Positions 48,383-59,130 of a stretch of 64,000 nt of DNA are shown piece by piece. A model generated the notes under the pieces. It did not search any database, had not been told where the DNA came from, and was given only the letters and a program-made list of their open reading frames with translations. The DNA comes from Myxococcales bacterium (GTDB lineage Bacteria; Myxococcota_A; Polyangia; Polyangiales; DASUME01): NCBI GenBank assembly GCA_047601445.1, contig JASGJH010000001.1:6048001-6112000 (forward strand), given 5' to 3'. Both the position numbers and the translations under genes were made by a program. Position 1 is the stretch's first letter. Each line of letters opens with the position of its first letter.

Positions 48383-48684
48383 GCATCCCCCTCGAAAACT
48401 GCGTCCGAGACTCGCGCCAGTATCCGCGGCCGAACGCCGAAACCAGCGCGCTTTTCGAGTCCCCTAGAAAATCACTAGAACTGTGCGATGCGCGGACAAC
48501 TGCGCTTGCTCGCGCTGCCAGAGCACGCGCACTTGCGTGAGTGCAGCGGCTGTTATCAGGGATTTCTAGTGATTTCGTGACCAGCATAGGCACGCACCAA
48601 AGGCCTGGTTAGTCTCGGTCTCGCAGCGCGCTCCCTCGTCCACCGAGCTCCCGTGCGTTGCGTGCAATCCACCCGGAGGTCCCC

Positions 48685-49107
48685 ATGCGTTCACACGCTC
48701 AAGTGCTCGCGCTCGGTTGTTTGCTTGCAGGCTGTGGTTCGAGCGCATCGCAGGAAGGCGCGGTGGAGAGCTTCTCGGCGCTCCATCAGGACGTCTTCGT
48801 GCAAGGGGGCTGCGTCAAGTGCCACGACTCCGATGGACCTGCGGGGCTCGACCTCAGCACGCCTGAGCTGGCGTACCACGGGCTCGTCGGCGCGCGCGCG
48901 CAGGGCACGAAGTGCGCACCGAGCGGCAGCATGCGCGTGGCACCAGGCGACTCGAGCGCGAGCTTGCTGATCCACAAGCTCGAGGGCCACGACGCCGCCA
49001 ATCAACCGGTGTGCGGCAAGCCGATGCCACAGATGGAGCGCCTGGCGAGCGACGAGATCGAGCGAGTGCGGCTGTGGATCGACGACGGAGCCGAGTCGGA
49101 TCTCTAG
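48685..49107 (+). CDS. Lipoprotein monoheme cytochrome c
   Basis: GGAGG RBS; LAGC lipobox; CVKCH; RV.PGD...S.L..KL, CG..MP, WIDDGA. Confidence 0.8.
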   Translation: MRSHAQVLALGCLLAGCGSSASQEGAVESFSALHQDVFVQGGCVKCHDSDGPAGLDLSTPELAYHGLVGARAQGTKCAPSGSMRVAPGDSSASLLIHKLEGHDAANQPVCGKPMPQMERLASDEIERVRLWIDDGAESDL

Positions 49108-49119
49108 TATCGCTCGGGC

Positions 49120-50244
49120 CTAAAACAGCCCGTCGTTGGTCTCCCAATCGAAGTCGTAGCGAGCCACCGCGTCGGGGCGCACGAAGGTTCCGCAGTCGCT
49201 GTTGCGCACGTAGAACGCCTTGCGCTGTGCCGAGTAGGTGAGCTCGTCGGGTTCGAATGGGAGCTCGACGCTCACGCGCTTCCAGCTCTTGCCCAGATCA
49301 TCCGACACCAGTACGCCATCGTTCCCCAACGCCGCGATGCGGCCATCCGGCAGGAGCACCGGCGACAGACCCTTGAGCATGTGCTTCGGCGTGACCTCTT
49401 CCCAGGTCAGACCTTCGTCCATGCTGTGCATGAGCGAGCCGGCAGCAGTGGGCCAAAAGATGCCCGACTTGGGCGTGGCCAGCGGGGGCATCACGCCGCC
49501 CGTTCCGTCCACCATGGTCCAGGTCGACCCGGAGTCGGCGGAGCGGAAGATGCCATCGCCCGTGAAGCTGCAACCCACCAGGTAGGTGGTGGCGTTGACG
49601 ATGAGGGGCCGCGTGCAAGAGAGGACGGGTGGCAGGCCGGCGCCGACGTCACTCCAGGTCTTGCCGCTGTCTTCCGAGCGCATCAGCGTCTGCGCCCGTT
49701 CGTGACTCCCCACCAACATCACCTTTTGCTCGGGATCGGCGAAGTCCACCGTGAGTAGGTCGTTGTGCCGCACGTCGCCGAGGGGCGTGAGCAGCCCACC
49801 GTTGTTGTGGGTCTCGTAGACGCCCTGTCCGCTATAAATGACGGTAATCCACCAGTGCATCGGGTCATTCGGGTCGAACAGGAACGACACCACGCCGCCC
49901 GGAATCTTGGCCCCACCCGGCGCGAGGTTCGCTTGCTCCCAAGTCGCCCCTCCGTCGCGCGAGTAGAACACGCCGGTGTCCTGCACCCCCACGAGCAAGA
50001 GGTCCTCGTCGGGCTTGGCCACGATGGCGCTCAAGTTGCCGCAGGCGGAGGGCAGGTTGGCCAGATTGTTGGTGACGTTCACCCAGGTGCCGGTCGGCTG
50101 CGGCCCCATCATGGGCCCGCCGTCGGAGCCGGCGTCGCCCAGGGCCGCGTCGCCTGCGTACCAGTCGGGCGCATCGAACTTCCGATCGCAGCCCACCAGC
50201 GTGAGGAGCAGAAAGACGGCTTGGAGTCGCGTGCTGAGGCTCAC
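49120..50244 (-). CDS. BNR/Asp-box repeat (sialidase-like propeller) lipoprotein
   Basis: LVGC lipobox; repeated S.D.G.TW Asp-boxes. Confidence 0.8.
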   Translation of the reverse strand: MSLSTRLQAVFLLLTLVGCDRKFDAPDWYAGDAALGDAGSDGGPMMGPQPTGTWVNVTNNLANLPSACGNLSAIVAKPDEDLLLVGVQDTGVFYSRDGGATWEQANLAPGGAKIPGGVVSFLFDPNDPMHWWITVIYSGQGVYETHNNGGLLTPLGDVRHNDLLTVDFADPEQKVMLVGSHERAQTLMRSEDSGKTWSDVGAGLPPVLSCTRPLIVNATTYLVGCSFTGDGIFRSADSGSTWTMVDGTGGVMPPLATPKSGIFWPTAAGSLMHSMDEGLTWEEVTPKHMLKGLSPVLLPDGRIAALGNDGVLVSDDLGKSWKRVSVELPFEPDELTYSAQRKAFYVRNSDCGTFVRPDAVARYDFDWETNDGLF

Positions 50245-50493
50245 CTGGGCTCCCGGGGACGGCTAAAGCGTGACCGTATGGCCATAGCGCTCGCCAAGAA
50301 CGCCATCAAGTCTGTGGTGTCCCCAGTTTCTGGGTTCACGGGGCCTTTGCTTTAGGGCCTTCGCACCCTATCTTGCGTGGGGGGCGCTGTCGCCCGCGCG
50401 GGGCGACGGTGGCCAGGCTTGCCACTGCGACCCGGCTTTCGAGAGGCCTGCAGCGGATCGATGAGTGTCATGTACGCGATGATGCCTTGGGTG

Positions 50494-51645
50494 ATGCGAC
50501 GGGCGCTGTTTCTGTGCCTCGTCTCGATCCTTCTCTCGGTTTGGTCTTCGGCGTCCTCGGCGCAAGAACAGCCGGCCGCAGCTCCCGAGCAGCAGCCGGA
50601 AGGCCCCCAAGTCGGACCGGATATGGTTCGCCTGCGCACGGGAACCATGTGGCGGGGCACCATCGTCGAGCGCACGCCATCGCGGGTGGTCATGGTCACC
50701 TATAGCGGTGAGACCAAGCGTTTCGAGTCCTGGAACATCGACTTTGCGGGGCCTGCGCCCACGGCTTCCGAGCAGTGCGTGGCTGCTCCGAGTGTCCCCG
50801 GGCCCAGCGTGGAACCCACGCCTAGCCTGCCGGCACCCGCACCCGTCGCCCCGGCCCCCATGGCACCGACGGTTTCCCCCAGCAGCGTCCAGCTCCGGCT
50901 GACCCCGCTCGACGGCTACTCCATCTACCTCGACACTGGCGGCGGCCTCAGCCGCCCATGCGTCGGGCCCTGCGTGGCCAAGCTCGCCCCCGGCCTCTAC
51001 CGCACCGGCGTAGGCAAGGGTGGCCGCCCCACGGCTGCCCCCGGCACGCTCGAGATTCGGCAAGACGACGAGCTGCGCGGTTCGTTCCTCTCGCGGCGCA
51101 AGCAGCGCATCATCGGCGGCATCATCCTCGGACTCGGCGCGCCGCTCGGCGCGGGGCTGGTCGCGGCCGGCATCCACGTGAAGGACCTCAAGGTAAGCTG
51201 CGAGGTGGGCGGCGACTGCAACGTCACCAACAACAAGCTCGAGCCCTTCCTGATCACCACGGGTGTCCTGGTGGCCCTGGCGAGCGCCATCACGGGCGGC
51301 TACTTCGTGGCCCAGAAGGACCAAGCCTTCGTGCAGGCCCAAAAGGCGCGCGTGGTGTTCGACCAGAAAGACGCGCCAGGACCTGCTCCCTTCGAGGACA
51401 CCGATCCTGGCGCGCATCTCAGCGATTCTCAGTTGCTCGAGGCCAACCGCGAGGGCCTGGCGCGCTGCAACAACGGCTATCTGAGCAACGTCCACGTGCT
51501 CGTGCAGATCACGGCCGAGGGCAGCGTGAGCCAGGCTGCAGTGCAGAGTACCGATGCCTGGACCATCCGCTCCTGCATGGAGTCCGTGATCCAGAGTCTT
51601 CGCTTCCCCGCCGGCAAGCCGCGCAGCGTCGAGCACACGTACTGA
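50494..51645 (+). CDS. Hypothetical secreted/membrane protein with C-terminal AgmX/TonB-C-like domain
   Basis: Signal peptide, Pro-rich linker, two hydrophobic helices, C-terminal G.V......SCM......LRFP; start uncertain. Confidence 0.6.
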   Translation: MRRALFLCLVSILLSVWSSASSAQEQPAAAPEQQPEGPQVGPDMVRLRTGTMWRGTIVERTPSRVVMVTYSGETKRFESWNIDFAGPAPTASEQCVAAPSVPGPSVEPTPSLPAPAPVAPAPMAPTVSPSSVQLRLTPLDGYSIYLDTGGGLSRPCVGPCVAKLAPGLYRTGVGKGGRPTAAPGTLEIRQDDELRGSFLSRRKQRIIGGIILGLGAPLGAGLVAAGIHVKDLKVSCEVGGDCNVTNNKLEPFLITTGVLVALASAITGGYFVAQKDQAFVQAQKARVVFDQKDAPGPAPFEDTDPGAHLSDSQLLEANREGLARCNNGYLSNVHVLVQITAEGSVSQAAVQSTDAWTIRSCMESVIQSLRFPAGKPRSVEHTY

Positions 51646-51663
51646 GAGCGCTCCCGTGCAGGC

Positions 51664-52864
51664 TCAGGGCTTGCGGTAGTCGTAGGCCATGCTGAACACG
51701 GCGTCGCTCGGCAGGTTTCCCGAGCAGTCGTTGTGATTGATGAAGAAGGCCTTGGCGCCCACCGAGTAGGTGAGCCCGTTGATGCCGCACTTCTCGGCCG
51801 CGTAGGGCAGGGCCTGGCCGAGCTTCTTCCAGGTCTTGCCCTTGTCGGAGCTCGCTAGCAGGGAGTCCGCGCCCAGGGTCACCACGCGCCCGTCCGGCAG
51901 CTCCACGGGAGAGCTCCCATAGGACAGCGGCGCGGGGCCCTCTCCGGCCGTGCGCCAGGTGACGCCGCGATCGTTGCTGACGATCATGCCGCCGTCCGCC
52001 AGGCCCCAGTAGAACCGGCCGTCGTTCGCCCACAACGGCCTGCCCACCGGCACCTGGGTGGCCGTGCGCGTCCAACTTTCGCCGGCATTGTCGCTGCGCA
52101 GCACCCCGCAGGCGCCCATCGCGGGACCGCAGGACCCCACCAGGAAGGTCATCGAGTCGATCACCAAAGGGAGCGTGGAGAAGTTGGGGGCCACCGGCAG
52201 CTTCTTGCCGATGTCCGTGAAGGTCATGCCGCCGTCCTTGGAGAGCCAGAGCTGGTTGGCCACCTGGTGGGGACCCGCGAGCATGGTCTTGCGATCTGGA
52301 TCACTGAAGTCGACGCTGACGAGCTCGTTGTCGTCCGTGGCATCGAGGTGCTTGAAGGTGAGCCCGCCGTCGGTGGTCTTGAAGACGCCCTTGCCGTCGA
52401 TGCCGACCTCCCACCAGGAGATCGGGCTTGATCGGGTCGAAGACGATGGTCGTGGGCAGGTTGTCGATGGCGTCCGAGCCCTCGCCGGTGCCCAGGGCGC
52501 TCCAGGTCGCTCCGCTGTCCGCGCTCGCGAACAGGCCCTTGCCCGAGATGCCTGCCAGCACGCGCATCCCCGTGGGCTCCGCGATCACCATGGAGATGTC
52601 GCCCGTGGGGCCCGCGAGCGACCCGAGGTTGTTGGTCACGTTGACCCACGGGGCGTCCTGGGGGCCCGCATCGCCCTCGCCTGCATCGGACCGACCTGCG
52701 TCGGACGGGCCTGCGTCGGACGGGCCCGCGTCGCTGCCGCCGTCCCCGTCGCCTCCGAAGCAAAGACGGCCGGCATCCGTGACGCACTCGAACTCGAGCG
52801 TGCGGCAACCGGTCGATATCAACGAGAAAAGACCGAGGACCGAAAGCTGCACGCCGATCTTCAC
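51664..52864 (-). pseudogene. BNR/Asp-box lipoprotein paralog of 49120-50244, split by a +1 frameshift near 52418-52420 (pseudogene or sequencing error)
   Basis: 5' frame (WVNVTNNLG...VFDPIKPD) continues in another frame as WWEVGIDGKGVFKTTDGG...VDFSDP, colinear with the paralog's FDPNDPMHWW...VDFADP. Confidence 0.75.
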
Positions 52865-53034
52865 GCGAACGTCTCCCACGGGTCGAGCAAGAGGTAAGGG
52901 GGACCCGACGCGACAAGTATACGGATCTTGCCCACAGAGGCTCCCGTGAGAGCACATCTATCTCGTAACATCGCGCGCACACGATTGTTTGCGCGCCCAC
53001 CGAGGGGGGATCTCGGTGGGGGCCCCGACCGACC

Positions 53035-56000
53035 TTACGGCTCGTAGTTCAGGTTCGGCGCCAGCCAGCGCTCCACCTCGGACCGCGTCATGCCCTTGCG
53101 CTCGTGGTAGTCCTCGACCTGATCGCGGTCGATCTTGCCGAGCGTGAAGTAGTGGGATTTGGGATGCGCGAAGTAGAGGCCGCTGACGCTCGCGCCAGGC
53201 CACATCGCGAAGGACTCGGTGAGCCTGATGCCGGTCTTCGCCTCGGCGTCGAGCAGTCGCCATAGTGTGCCCTTTTCCGTGTGGTCGGGGCAGGCCGGAT
53301 AGCCGGCGGCGGGACGGATACCGCGGTACTTCTCGCCGATGAGCTCCTCGGGGCTGAGCTTCTCGTCGCGGCCGTAGCCCCACTCGCGCCGCACCCGCTC
53401 GTGCAGGTACTCGGCGAAGGCCTCGGCCAGACGGTCGGCCAGGGCTTCTGCCATGATGGCGTTGTAGTCGTCGTGTTCGGCCTTGAAGCGCGCGGTCAGT
53501 TCCTGGCTGCCGATGCCCGCGGTGACCGCGAAGGCGCCCAAGTGATCCGGCAAGCCCGTCTCCTTGGGGGCGATGAAGTCGCTCAGTGAGCGACAGGGGC
53601 CGTCGTCCTTGTCGCGCTGCTGGCGCAGGAAACAGAAGCGCTCGCGCACGGTGTGGCGGCTGCCGTCCGTGTACACCTCGACGTCGTCGCCCACCGCGTT
53701 GGCCGGGAAAATGCCGTACACGGCCCGCGCGCGCAGCAGCTTCTCCGCGATGATGCGGTCGAGCAGCTTTTGAGCGTCCGCGTAGAGACTCTTGGCCTGC
53801 TCGCCGTAAATCTCGTTCTCGAAGATGCGCGGGTAGATGCCCTTGAGCTCCCAGGTGTGGAAGAACGGGCTCCAGTCGATGTACCTGCGCAACGTCTCGA
53901 GCGAAAAGTCCTCCAACACGTGCAGTCCGGTGTGCTCGGGTTGCGGGATATCGCCGGGGGCAAACGCGATCTCGGGCCTCCGTGTGCGCGCCTCCGCGAG
54001 GGACGGCAGCTTTCGGGCCGGCGCCGCATGGCGCTTGCGCAGCTGGTCGTACTCGGCCCTGTGCTGCTCGACGAACTTGCCCTTGTCGGTGCCGAGCAAG
54101 CTGGTGGTCACGGGCACGGCGCGACTCGCGTCCAGGACGTGGACCACGGGCTCGTGGTAGTTGGGTGCGATCTTCACGGCAGTGTGCGCGCGGCTCGTGG
54201 TCGCGCCGCCGATCAAGAGGGGCAGCTTCATGTCCAGGCGCTGCATCTCGCGCGCCACGTGCACCATCTCGTCGAGGGACGGCGTGATCAAGCCGCTGAG
54301 CCCGATGACGTCGGCCTTCACTTCCTTGGCTCGCTCGAGGATCTTCTCGCAGGGCACCATCACGCCCATGTCGATGACCTCGTAGTTATTGCAGGCGAGC
54401 ACCACGCCCACGATGTTCTTCCCGATGTCGTGGACGTCGCCCTTCACCGTGGCGAGCACGATCTTGCCCTGGGTCCGCACTTCTTGGCCGGCGGCGCTCG
54501 CCGCTTGCTTCTCCGCCTCCATGAACGGAGTCAGGTACGCCACCGACTTCTTCATCACGCGCGCGGACTTCACGACCTGCGGCAAGAACATCTTGCCCGC
54601 GCCGAACAGGTCGCCCACCACGCTCATGCCGTCCATCAGCGGACCCTCGATCACCGCCAGCGGCCTGCCGAACTTCTGCCGCGCCTCCTCGGTGTCTTCG
54701 TCGATGTGGGTATCGATGCCCTTGACCAGCGCATGGGCCAGCCGCGCTTCGACCGGGGCGTTGCGCCACTCGGCCTCCTTCGCTTCAGCGGCCTTGCTGC
54801 CGGCGCCCTGGGCCTTGAGCTGCTCGCCGTATTCGACCAGTCGCTCGGTGGCGTCGGGCCGACGGTTGAGCAGCACGTCTTCCACGAGCTCCTTGAGCTT
54901 GGGCTCGATCTCCTCGTAGACCTCGAGCATGCCCGCGTTCACGATGCCCATGTCCATGCCAGCGGAGATGGCGTGGAACAGGAACGCGGAGTGCATCGCC
55001 TCGCGCACCTTGTTGTTGCCGCGGAAGCTGAAGGAGATGTTCGAGACGCCGCCGCTGACCTTGGCGTGCGGGAGGTTCTGCTTGATCCAGCGCGTGGCCT
55101 CGATAAAGTCGACCGCGTAGTTGTTGTGTTCCTCCATGCCCGTCGCGACGGTGAGGATGTTCGGATCGAAGATGATGTCCTCGGGGGGGAACCCCACCTC
55201 GTCGACGAGGATGCTGTAGGCGCGCTGGCAGATCCGGATCTTGTCCTGGAAGCTGGCCGCCTGGCCCTGCTCGTCGAAGGCCATCACGACCGTGGCGGCG
55301 CCGTAGCGAAGGATGTGGCGCGCACGCTCGCGGAAGACGTCTTCGCCCTCCTTGAGGGAGATGGAGTTCACGATGCCCTTGCCCTGAAGGCACTTGAGGC
55401 CGGCCTCGATGACCTCCCACTTGGAGGAGTCGACCATGAGGGGAACCGCCGCCACCTCGGGTTCGCTCGCCAGTAGGAGCAAGAAGCGGGTCATGGCGGC
55501 GACGCCGTCGATCATGCCCTCGTCCATGCAGACGTCGATCACGTTGGCGCCGTTCTCGACCTGCTGGCGGGCGATGCTCACCGCGGCTTCGTAGTCGCCT
55601 TGCTTGATGAGGTTGGCGAACTTGGGCGATCCGGCGACGTTGGTGCGCTCGCCGATCATCATGTACACGCCCTGCTGCTGCGTGAAGGGCTGGGAGCCGG
55701 AGAGTCGGAGCGGCTCGAACTCACCGGACGACAGCTTCGCCGGCACGCTGACGAGCACCTCGCGGTCACGCTCGCCCGCCTCGGCCTGCGAGCTCGAAGC
55801 CGCATCGAGCGGGCGCGGAGCCTTGCCTTCCAGGGCCTTGGCGATGGCCGCGATGTGCTCGGGGGTGTTGCCGCAGCAGCCTCCAGCGATGTTGAGCGTT
55901 CCGGCGCTGGCGAACTCGTCGAGGAAGCGCGCCATGTCAGGCGGCTCCAGATCGAAGCCGGTGGGCGAGAGCGGGTTCGGCAGGCCCGCGTTGGGATAGG

Positions 56001-56877
56001 CCGACACGGCGGCCGTGGCCTTCTCGGAGAGCTCCGAGAGGAACGGGAACATCAGGTCCGGACCGAGCGAACAGTTGAGACCCACTGACAGCGGGTTCAC
56101 GTGCTTGACAGCGTTCCAGTAGGCCTCGATGGTTTGCGCGGAGATCATGGTCTCGCCGCCGCGTCCGACCGCCGCCGAGATCATGATGGGCAGGTGCTTC
56201 TTCTGCGCGCGCAGCACCTCCTGAACGGCGACCAGGGCTGCCTTGGCGTTGAGCGAGTCGAAGATGGTCTCGACCAACAAGAGATCGACGCCGCCCGCGA
56301 TGAGTGCCTCGACCTGCTGGGTGTACGCGAACTTCACCTGATCGAAGGTGCACACGCGGAAGCCCGGATCGTCGGCATCGGGGGAATTGCTGAGCGAGAC
56401 CGTCAACGGCCCGATGGCACCTGCCACGAAGCGCGGCTTGCCGTCGCGATTGGCCACGCGGTCGGCCCAGGTGCGGCACTGGCGCGCGGACTGCTCGTTG
56501 ATCTCCCAGGCCAGCTCGTTGAGGAACGGGGTCTCGATGATCTGCTGGTAAAAGGCGGGATCCTTGCGGCCGCCGTGCTCGCGCGGGTCGTCGACGAAGA
56601 ACTCACTCTGCGTGATGCCGGTGGCGCCGAAGGTGTTGGTCTCGATGATGTCCGCGCCGGCCTCGAGGAAGCGTCGGTGGATGTCGCAGATCATGTCCGG
56701 CTGCGTGAGCGAGAAGAGGTCGCCGTTGTTCAGCAGATCCTTCTTCGAGTCCTTGAAGCGCTCACGACGGATGTCGGCCTCGGTCATGTTGTAGGTACGG
56801 ATGGTCGTCCCCATCGCACCGTCGATGATGAGGATCCGTTCCCGCATTAGCTTCTTGATGGGATGTTCCAGCGACAT
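53035..56877 (-). CDS. metH: Cobalamin-dependent methionine synthase
   Basis: [39 protein letters not shown] (B12-binding), [11 protein letters not shown]; 1280 aa. Confidence 0.98.
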   Translation of the reverse strand: MSLEHPIKKLMRERILIIDGAMGTTIRTYNMTEADIRRERFKDSKKDLLNNGDLFSLTQPDMICDIHRRFLEAGADIIETNTFGATGITQSEFFVDDPREHGGRKDPAFYQQIIETPFLNELAWEINEQSARQCRTWADRVANRDGKPRFVAGAIGPLTVSLSNSPDADDPGFRVCTFDQVKFAYTQQVEALIAGGVDLLLVETIFDSLNAKAALVAVQEVLRAQKKHLPIMISAAVGRGGETMISAQTIEAYWNAVKHVNPLSVGLNCSLGPDLMFPFLSELSEKATAAVSAYPNAGLPNPLSPTGFDLEPPDMARFLDEFASAGTLNIAGGCCGNTPEHIAAIAKALEGKAPRPLDAASSSQAEAGERDREVLVSVPAKLSSGEFEPLRLSGSQPFTQQQGVYMMIGERTNVAGSPKFANLIKQGDYEAAVSIARQQVENGANVIDVCMDEGMIDGVAAMTRFLLLLASEPEVAAVPLMVDSSKWEVIEAGLKCLQGKGIVNSISLKEGEDVFRERARHILRYGAATVVMAFDEQGQAASFQDKIRICQRAYSILVDEVGFPPEDIIFDPNILTVATGMEEHNNYAVDFIEATRWIKQNLPHAKVSGGVSNISFSFRGNNKVREAMHSAFLFHAISAGMDMGIVNAGMLEVYEEIEPKLKELVEDVLLNRRPDATERLVEYGEQLKAQGAGSKAAEAKEAEWRNAPVEARLAHALVKGIDTHIDEDTEEARQKFGRPLAVIEGPLMDGMSVVGDLFGAGKMFLPQVVKSARVMKKSVAYLTPFMEAEKQAASAAGQEVRTQGKIVLATVKGDVHDIGKNIVGVVLACNNYEVIDMGVMVPCEKILERAKEVKADVIGLSGLITPSLDEMVHVAREMQRLDMKLPLLIGGATTSRAHTAVKIAPNYHEPVVHVLDASRAVPVTTSLLGTDKGKFVEQHRAEYDQLRKRHAAPARKLPSLAEARTRRPEIAFAPGDIPQPEHTGLHVLEDFSLETLRRYIDWSPFFHTWELKGIYPRIFENEIYGEQAKSLYADAQKLLDRIIAEKLLRARAVYGIFPANAVGDDVEVYTDGSRHTVRERFCFLRQQRDKDDGPCRSLSDFIAPKETGLPDHLGAFAVTAGIGSQELTARFKAEHDDYNAIMAEALADRLAEAFAEYLHERVRREWGYGRDEKLSPEELIGEKYRGIRPAAGYPACPDHTEKGTLWRLLDAEAKTGIRLTESFAMWPGASVSGLYFAHPKSHYFTLGKIDRDQVEDYHERKGMTRSEVERWLAPNLNYEP

Positions 56878-56880
56878 GGC

Positions 56881-58014
56881 TCACTTGTTCCCGCGGCGCG
56901 CGCCGCGGTGTCGAAGCGCACCCTCGGGTGCGCGAGCGGATGATGAACGGGCACCCTCGGGCGCGCGAGCGGATGATGAACGGGCACCCTCGGGCGCGCG
57001 AGCGGATGGTGAACGGGCACCCTCGGGTGCGCGAGCGGATGATGAACGGGCACCCTCGGGTGCGCGAGCGACAGACGAACGTTCCGCCGTGACGCGGGGC
57101 CTTTCGGCCTCGGCGAGCACGACGCGAAGATGGGGTTTACGTGCCTCTTTGCAGGCGATCTCGGCGCGCGACACAGCGAGGCCCGCGTCCTGGAGCAGGG
57201 CCCGCAGTTTGCGCGCGGAGAAGCCAGGGTGGAGCAGCCCGTAGGCGGCGCTGATCTCGTGCTCGTCGTGGCGGTCCAGGCACAGCAGCACCACCCGGCC
57301 CCCGGGACGCAGTACCCGCGCGCACTCCGAGAGCGCCCGCGCAGGATGTTCTGCATAGGTGAGCGTGTGAAAGAGCAGCACGTCGTCGAAGCTCTCGTCC
57401 GGGAACGGCAGCGCTTCCACGTCAGCGGCCTGAACCCGTGCATGGGCGTGGCCCGAGAGCCGATCGCCGGCAGCCTGGATGGCCCGCTCGTCGTTGTCGA
57501 TGCACGTCAGCGTGCGGCAATAGGGCGCGAGCACGCTGGCCACGGTGCCGTCTCCGCAGCCCACGTCGAGCACGTCGCCCAGGCGCAGCAGCGAGGCCGC
57601 GCCGAGCGCGAGCGACTGCCAGGTGCGGCCAGGAGAGTAGTCACGGTCGAGCTCGAGGATCGCCGACTCGGGCAGACCCTCGTGTCGCTCGGCGTCGAGC
57701 GCGGCCAGACGCTCGCGGTCCGCTTTCAACGTGCGATCCGAGGAGGTGGACACCTCCAGCAGGAGTCCGCGCACGGTCTCGGTCATGCCGTCGCGGGCCA
57801 GTCCGTAGAACGCCTGCGCGCCGTTGCGCCGATGCCTGAGGAGCCCCGCTTCACGTAGCCGGGCCAGGTGGGTGGAGACGCGCGATTGGGCCATGCCGGT
57901 GACCCGCACCAACTCCGAGACGCACAGCTCCCGCTCCGCCAGCAGCGCGCACAGCCGCAGCCGGTTTTCGTCTCCGAGCAGGCTCAGGGCCTCGGCGTAG
58001 TTGCCCAGTTCCAC
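56881..58014 (-). CDS. ArsR-family HTH plus SAM-dependent methyltransferase-like regulator (SahR/SamR type)
   Basis: RLRL..LL...EL.V.EL, QSRVSTHL..L.EAG; YSPGRTW; VLDVGCGDG; RVLRPGG; 3 bp upstream of metH. Confidence 0.88.
   Translation of the reverse strand: MELGNYAEALSLLGDENRLRLCALLAERELCVSELVRVTGMAQSRVSTHLARLREAGLLRHRRNGAQAFYGLARDGMTETVRGLLLEVSTSSDRTLKADRERLAALDAERHEGLPESAILELDRDYSPGRTWQSLALGAASLLRLGDVLDVGCGDGTVASVLAPYCRTLTCIDNDERAIQAAGDRLSGHAHARVQAADVEALPFPDESFDDVLLFHTLTYAEHPARALSECARVLRPGGRVVLLCLDRHDEHEISAAYGLLHPGFSARKLRALLQDAGLAVSRAEIACKEARKPHLRVVLAEAERPRVTAERSSVARAPEGARSSSARAPEGARSPSARAPEGARSSSARAPEGARSSSARAPEGALRHRGARRGNK
56918..57082. repeat. Five tandem 33-bp repeats within the 3' end of the ArsR-methyltransferase gene
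   Basis: Unit gcaccctcgggtgcgcgagcggatgatgaacgg starting at 56918, 56951, 56984, 57017 and 57050 (last degenerate); encodes (SSARAPEGARS)n. Confidence 0.95.
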
Positions 58015-58519
58015 GAACGTCCATCCTACAATCTGAATGTGCGGATACGTCGTAAATCGGCGGCCGTCAAGCCGCGGGGCACCCTCCAGGACCCCTTTCA
58101 GCCCGGCGGCCGGATGTTCTCCCGCGGCGCTCGCCTTAGAGCCGACTGTTCTCTGCGTGTCTCGGCACCGCTGTCGCGCTCATGGCCGAGAGAAAAATCG
58201 TGCTTCGAGCGTGCGCGTTGGGCGTGAGCCGTTCGGGAGATCACCCGGCCCCTCGTCCCCCGGGTGTGGGTCCGCGGTCGAGCTCACCAAGCGCGCGCTC
58301 GGGCGTGCGAAACCAGAGCACAAACGACAGGTCGGGTGTCCCGCTGCTGCGCCGCTTGCGTCGCCATTCACGAGGTCGCGCAGCTCACCGCGAAGCTGGG
58401 GACGACGCCGCGAGGTGCCTCACCGCTCGCACGCTGCCAGCCCGTCGCCTCCGCGTGCCACGACGGAATGTGCGTCGTGGTGTGTGCGTAAGTCGGGCGC
58501 AACAGGGGGAGCGAATCAA

Positions 58520-59125
58520 ATGCGCACGAAGGGAGCAGCAGACGTTCGGAAGTGGAATTTGATCACCGTGGTGCCGATGGGCCTCGTGGTCTCGCTGGCC
58601 AGCGCTTGTGCCGGAGGCGGCGGTCAAACGGGCGCGTCGGACGGCGACCAGGAGGGGACCAAAGAGCCCTTCGTCCAGAAGAGCCAGACCCAGACGGACG
58701 ATGCCGCCGTGCCTACGCCACCAGAGTTCGATCCATGCGCAGACGACCCCTGCGAGCACGACGGAGTGTGCAGGGTCGACAACGATTTCTACGTATGCGC
58801 CTGCAGCAGCGGCTGGACCGGCGAGAACTGCGAGGAGCCTGCGCCTCCGCTCACCACCCTCGTGGTGGACCCGCCTGCATGCGAGCCCGCCTGCCAAAAC
58901 GGGGGCGAGTGCGTAGACGGCGCTTGCGTGTGTCCCGAGGGCTGCTCGGGCGTGGCCTGCGAGATCATCGATCCACCGAACGTCCAGCCTGACGATCCCT
59001 GTGCCAGCCAGCCCTGCTCGAACGGCGGCTTTTGCGTGGTCAGCGGCGAGTCCTTCAGCTGCGCCTGTCCCGAGGGCTTCAGTGGCCCAACCTGTGAGCT
59101 TGAGGAAGAGCCCTGCGAGGAGTGA
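58520..59125 (+). CDS. Putative lipoprotein with three EGF-like domains
   Basis: RBS GGGGAG; hydrophobic segment ending ASAC; DPC...PC..G.C......C.C..GW/FxG..CE twice plus one shorter EGF-like unit. Confidence 0.8.
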   Translation: MRTKGAADVRKWNLITVVPMGLVVSLASACAGGGGQTGASDGDQEGTKEPFVQKSQTQTDDAAVPTPPEFDPCADDPCEHDGVCRVDNDFYVCACSSGWTGENCEEPAPPLTTLVVDPPACEPACQNGGECVDGACVCPEGCSGVACEIIDPPNVQPDDPCASQPCSNGGFCVVSGESFSCACPEGFSGPTCELEEEPCEE

Positions 59126-59130
59126 GCCGT

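Noticed and set aside
56918..57082. Possible CRISPR array (33-bp period, palindromic unit)
   Set aside because: Units are head-to-tail with no unique spacers, lie in frame in a CDS, and no cas genes are present.
58015..58500. SAM or cobalamin riboswitch upstream of the metH operon
   Set aside because: No recognisable riboswitch core by eye. Only a weak ATC-N10-GAT palindrome (58031-58046) is visible, which might be the regulator's operator. An Rfam scan would be decisive.
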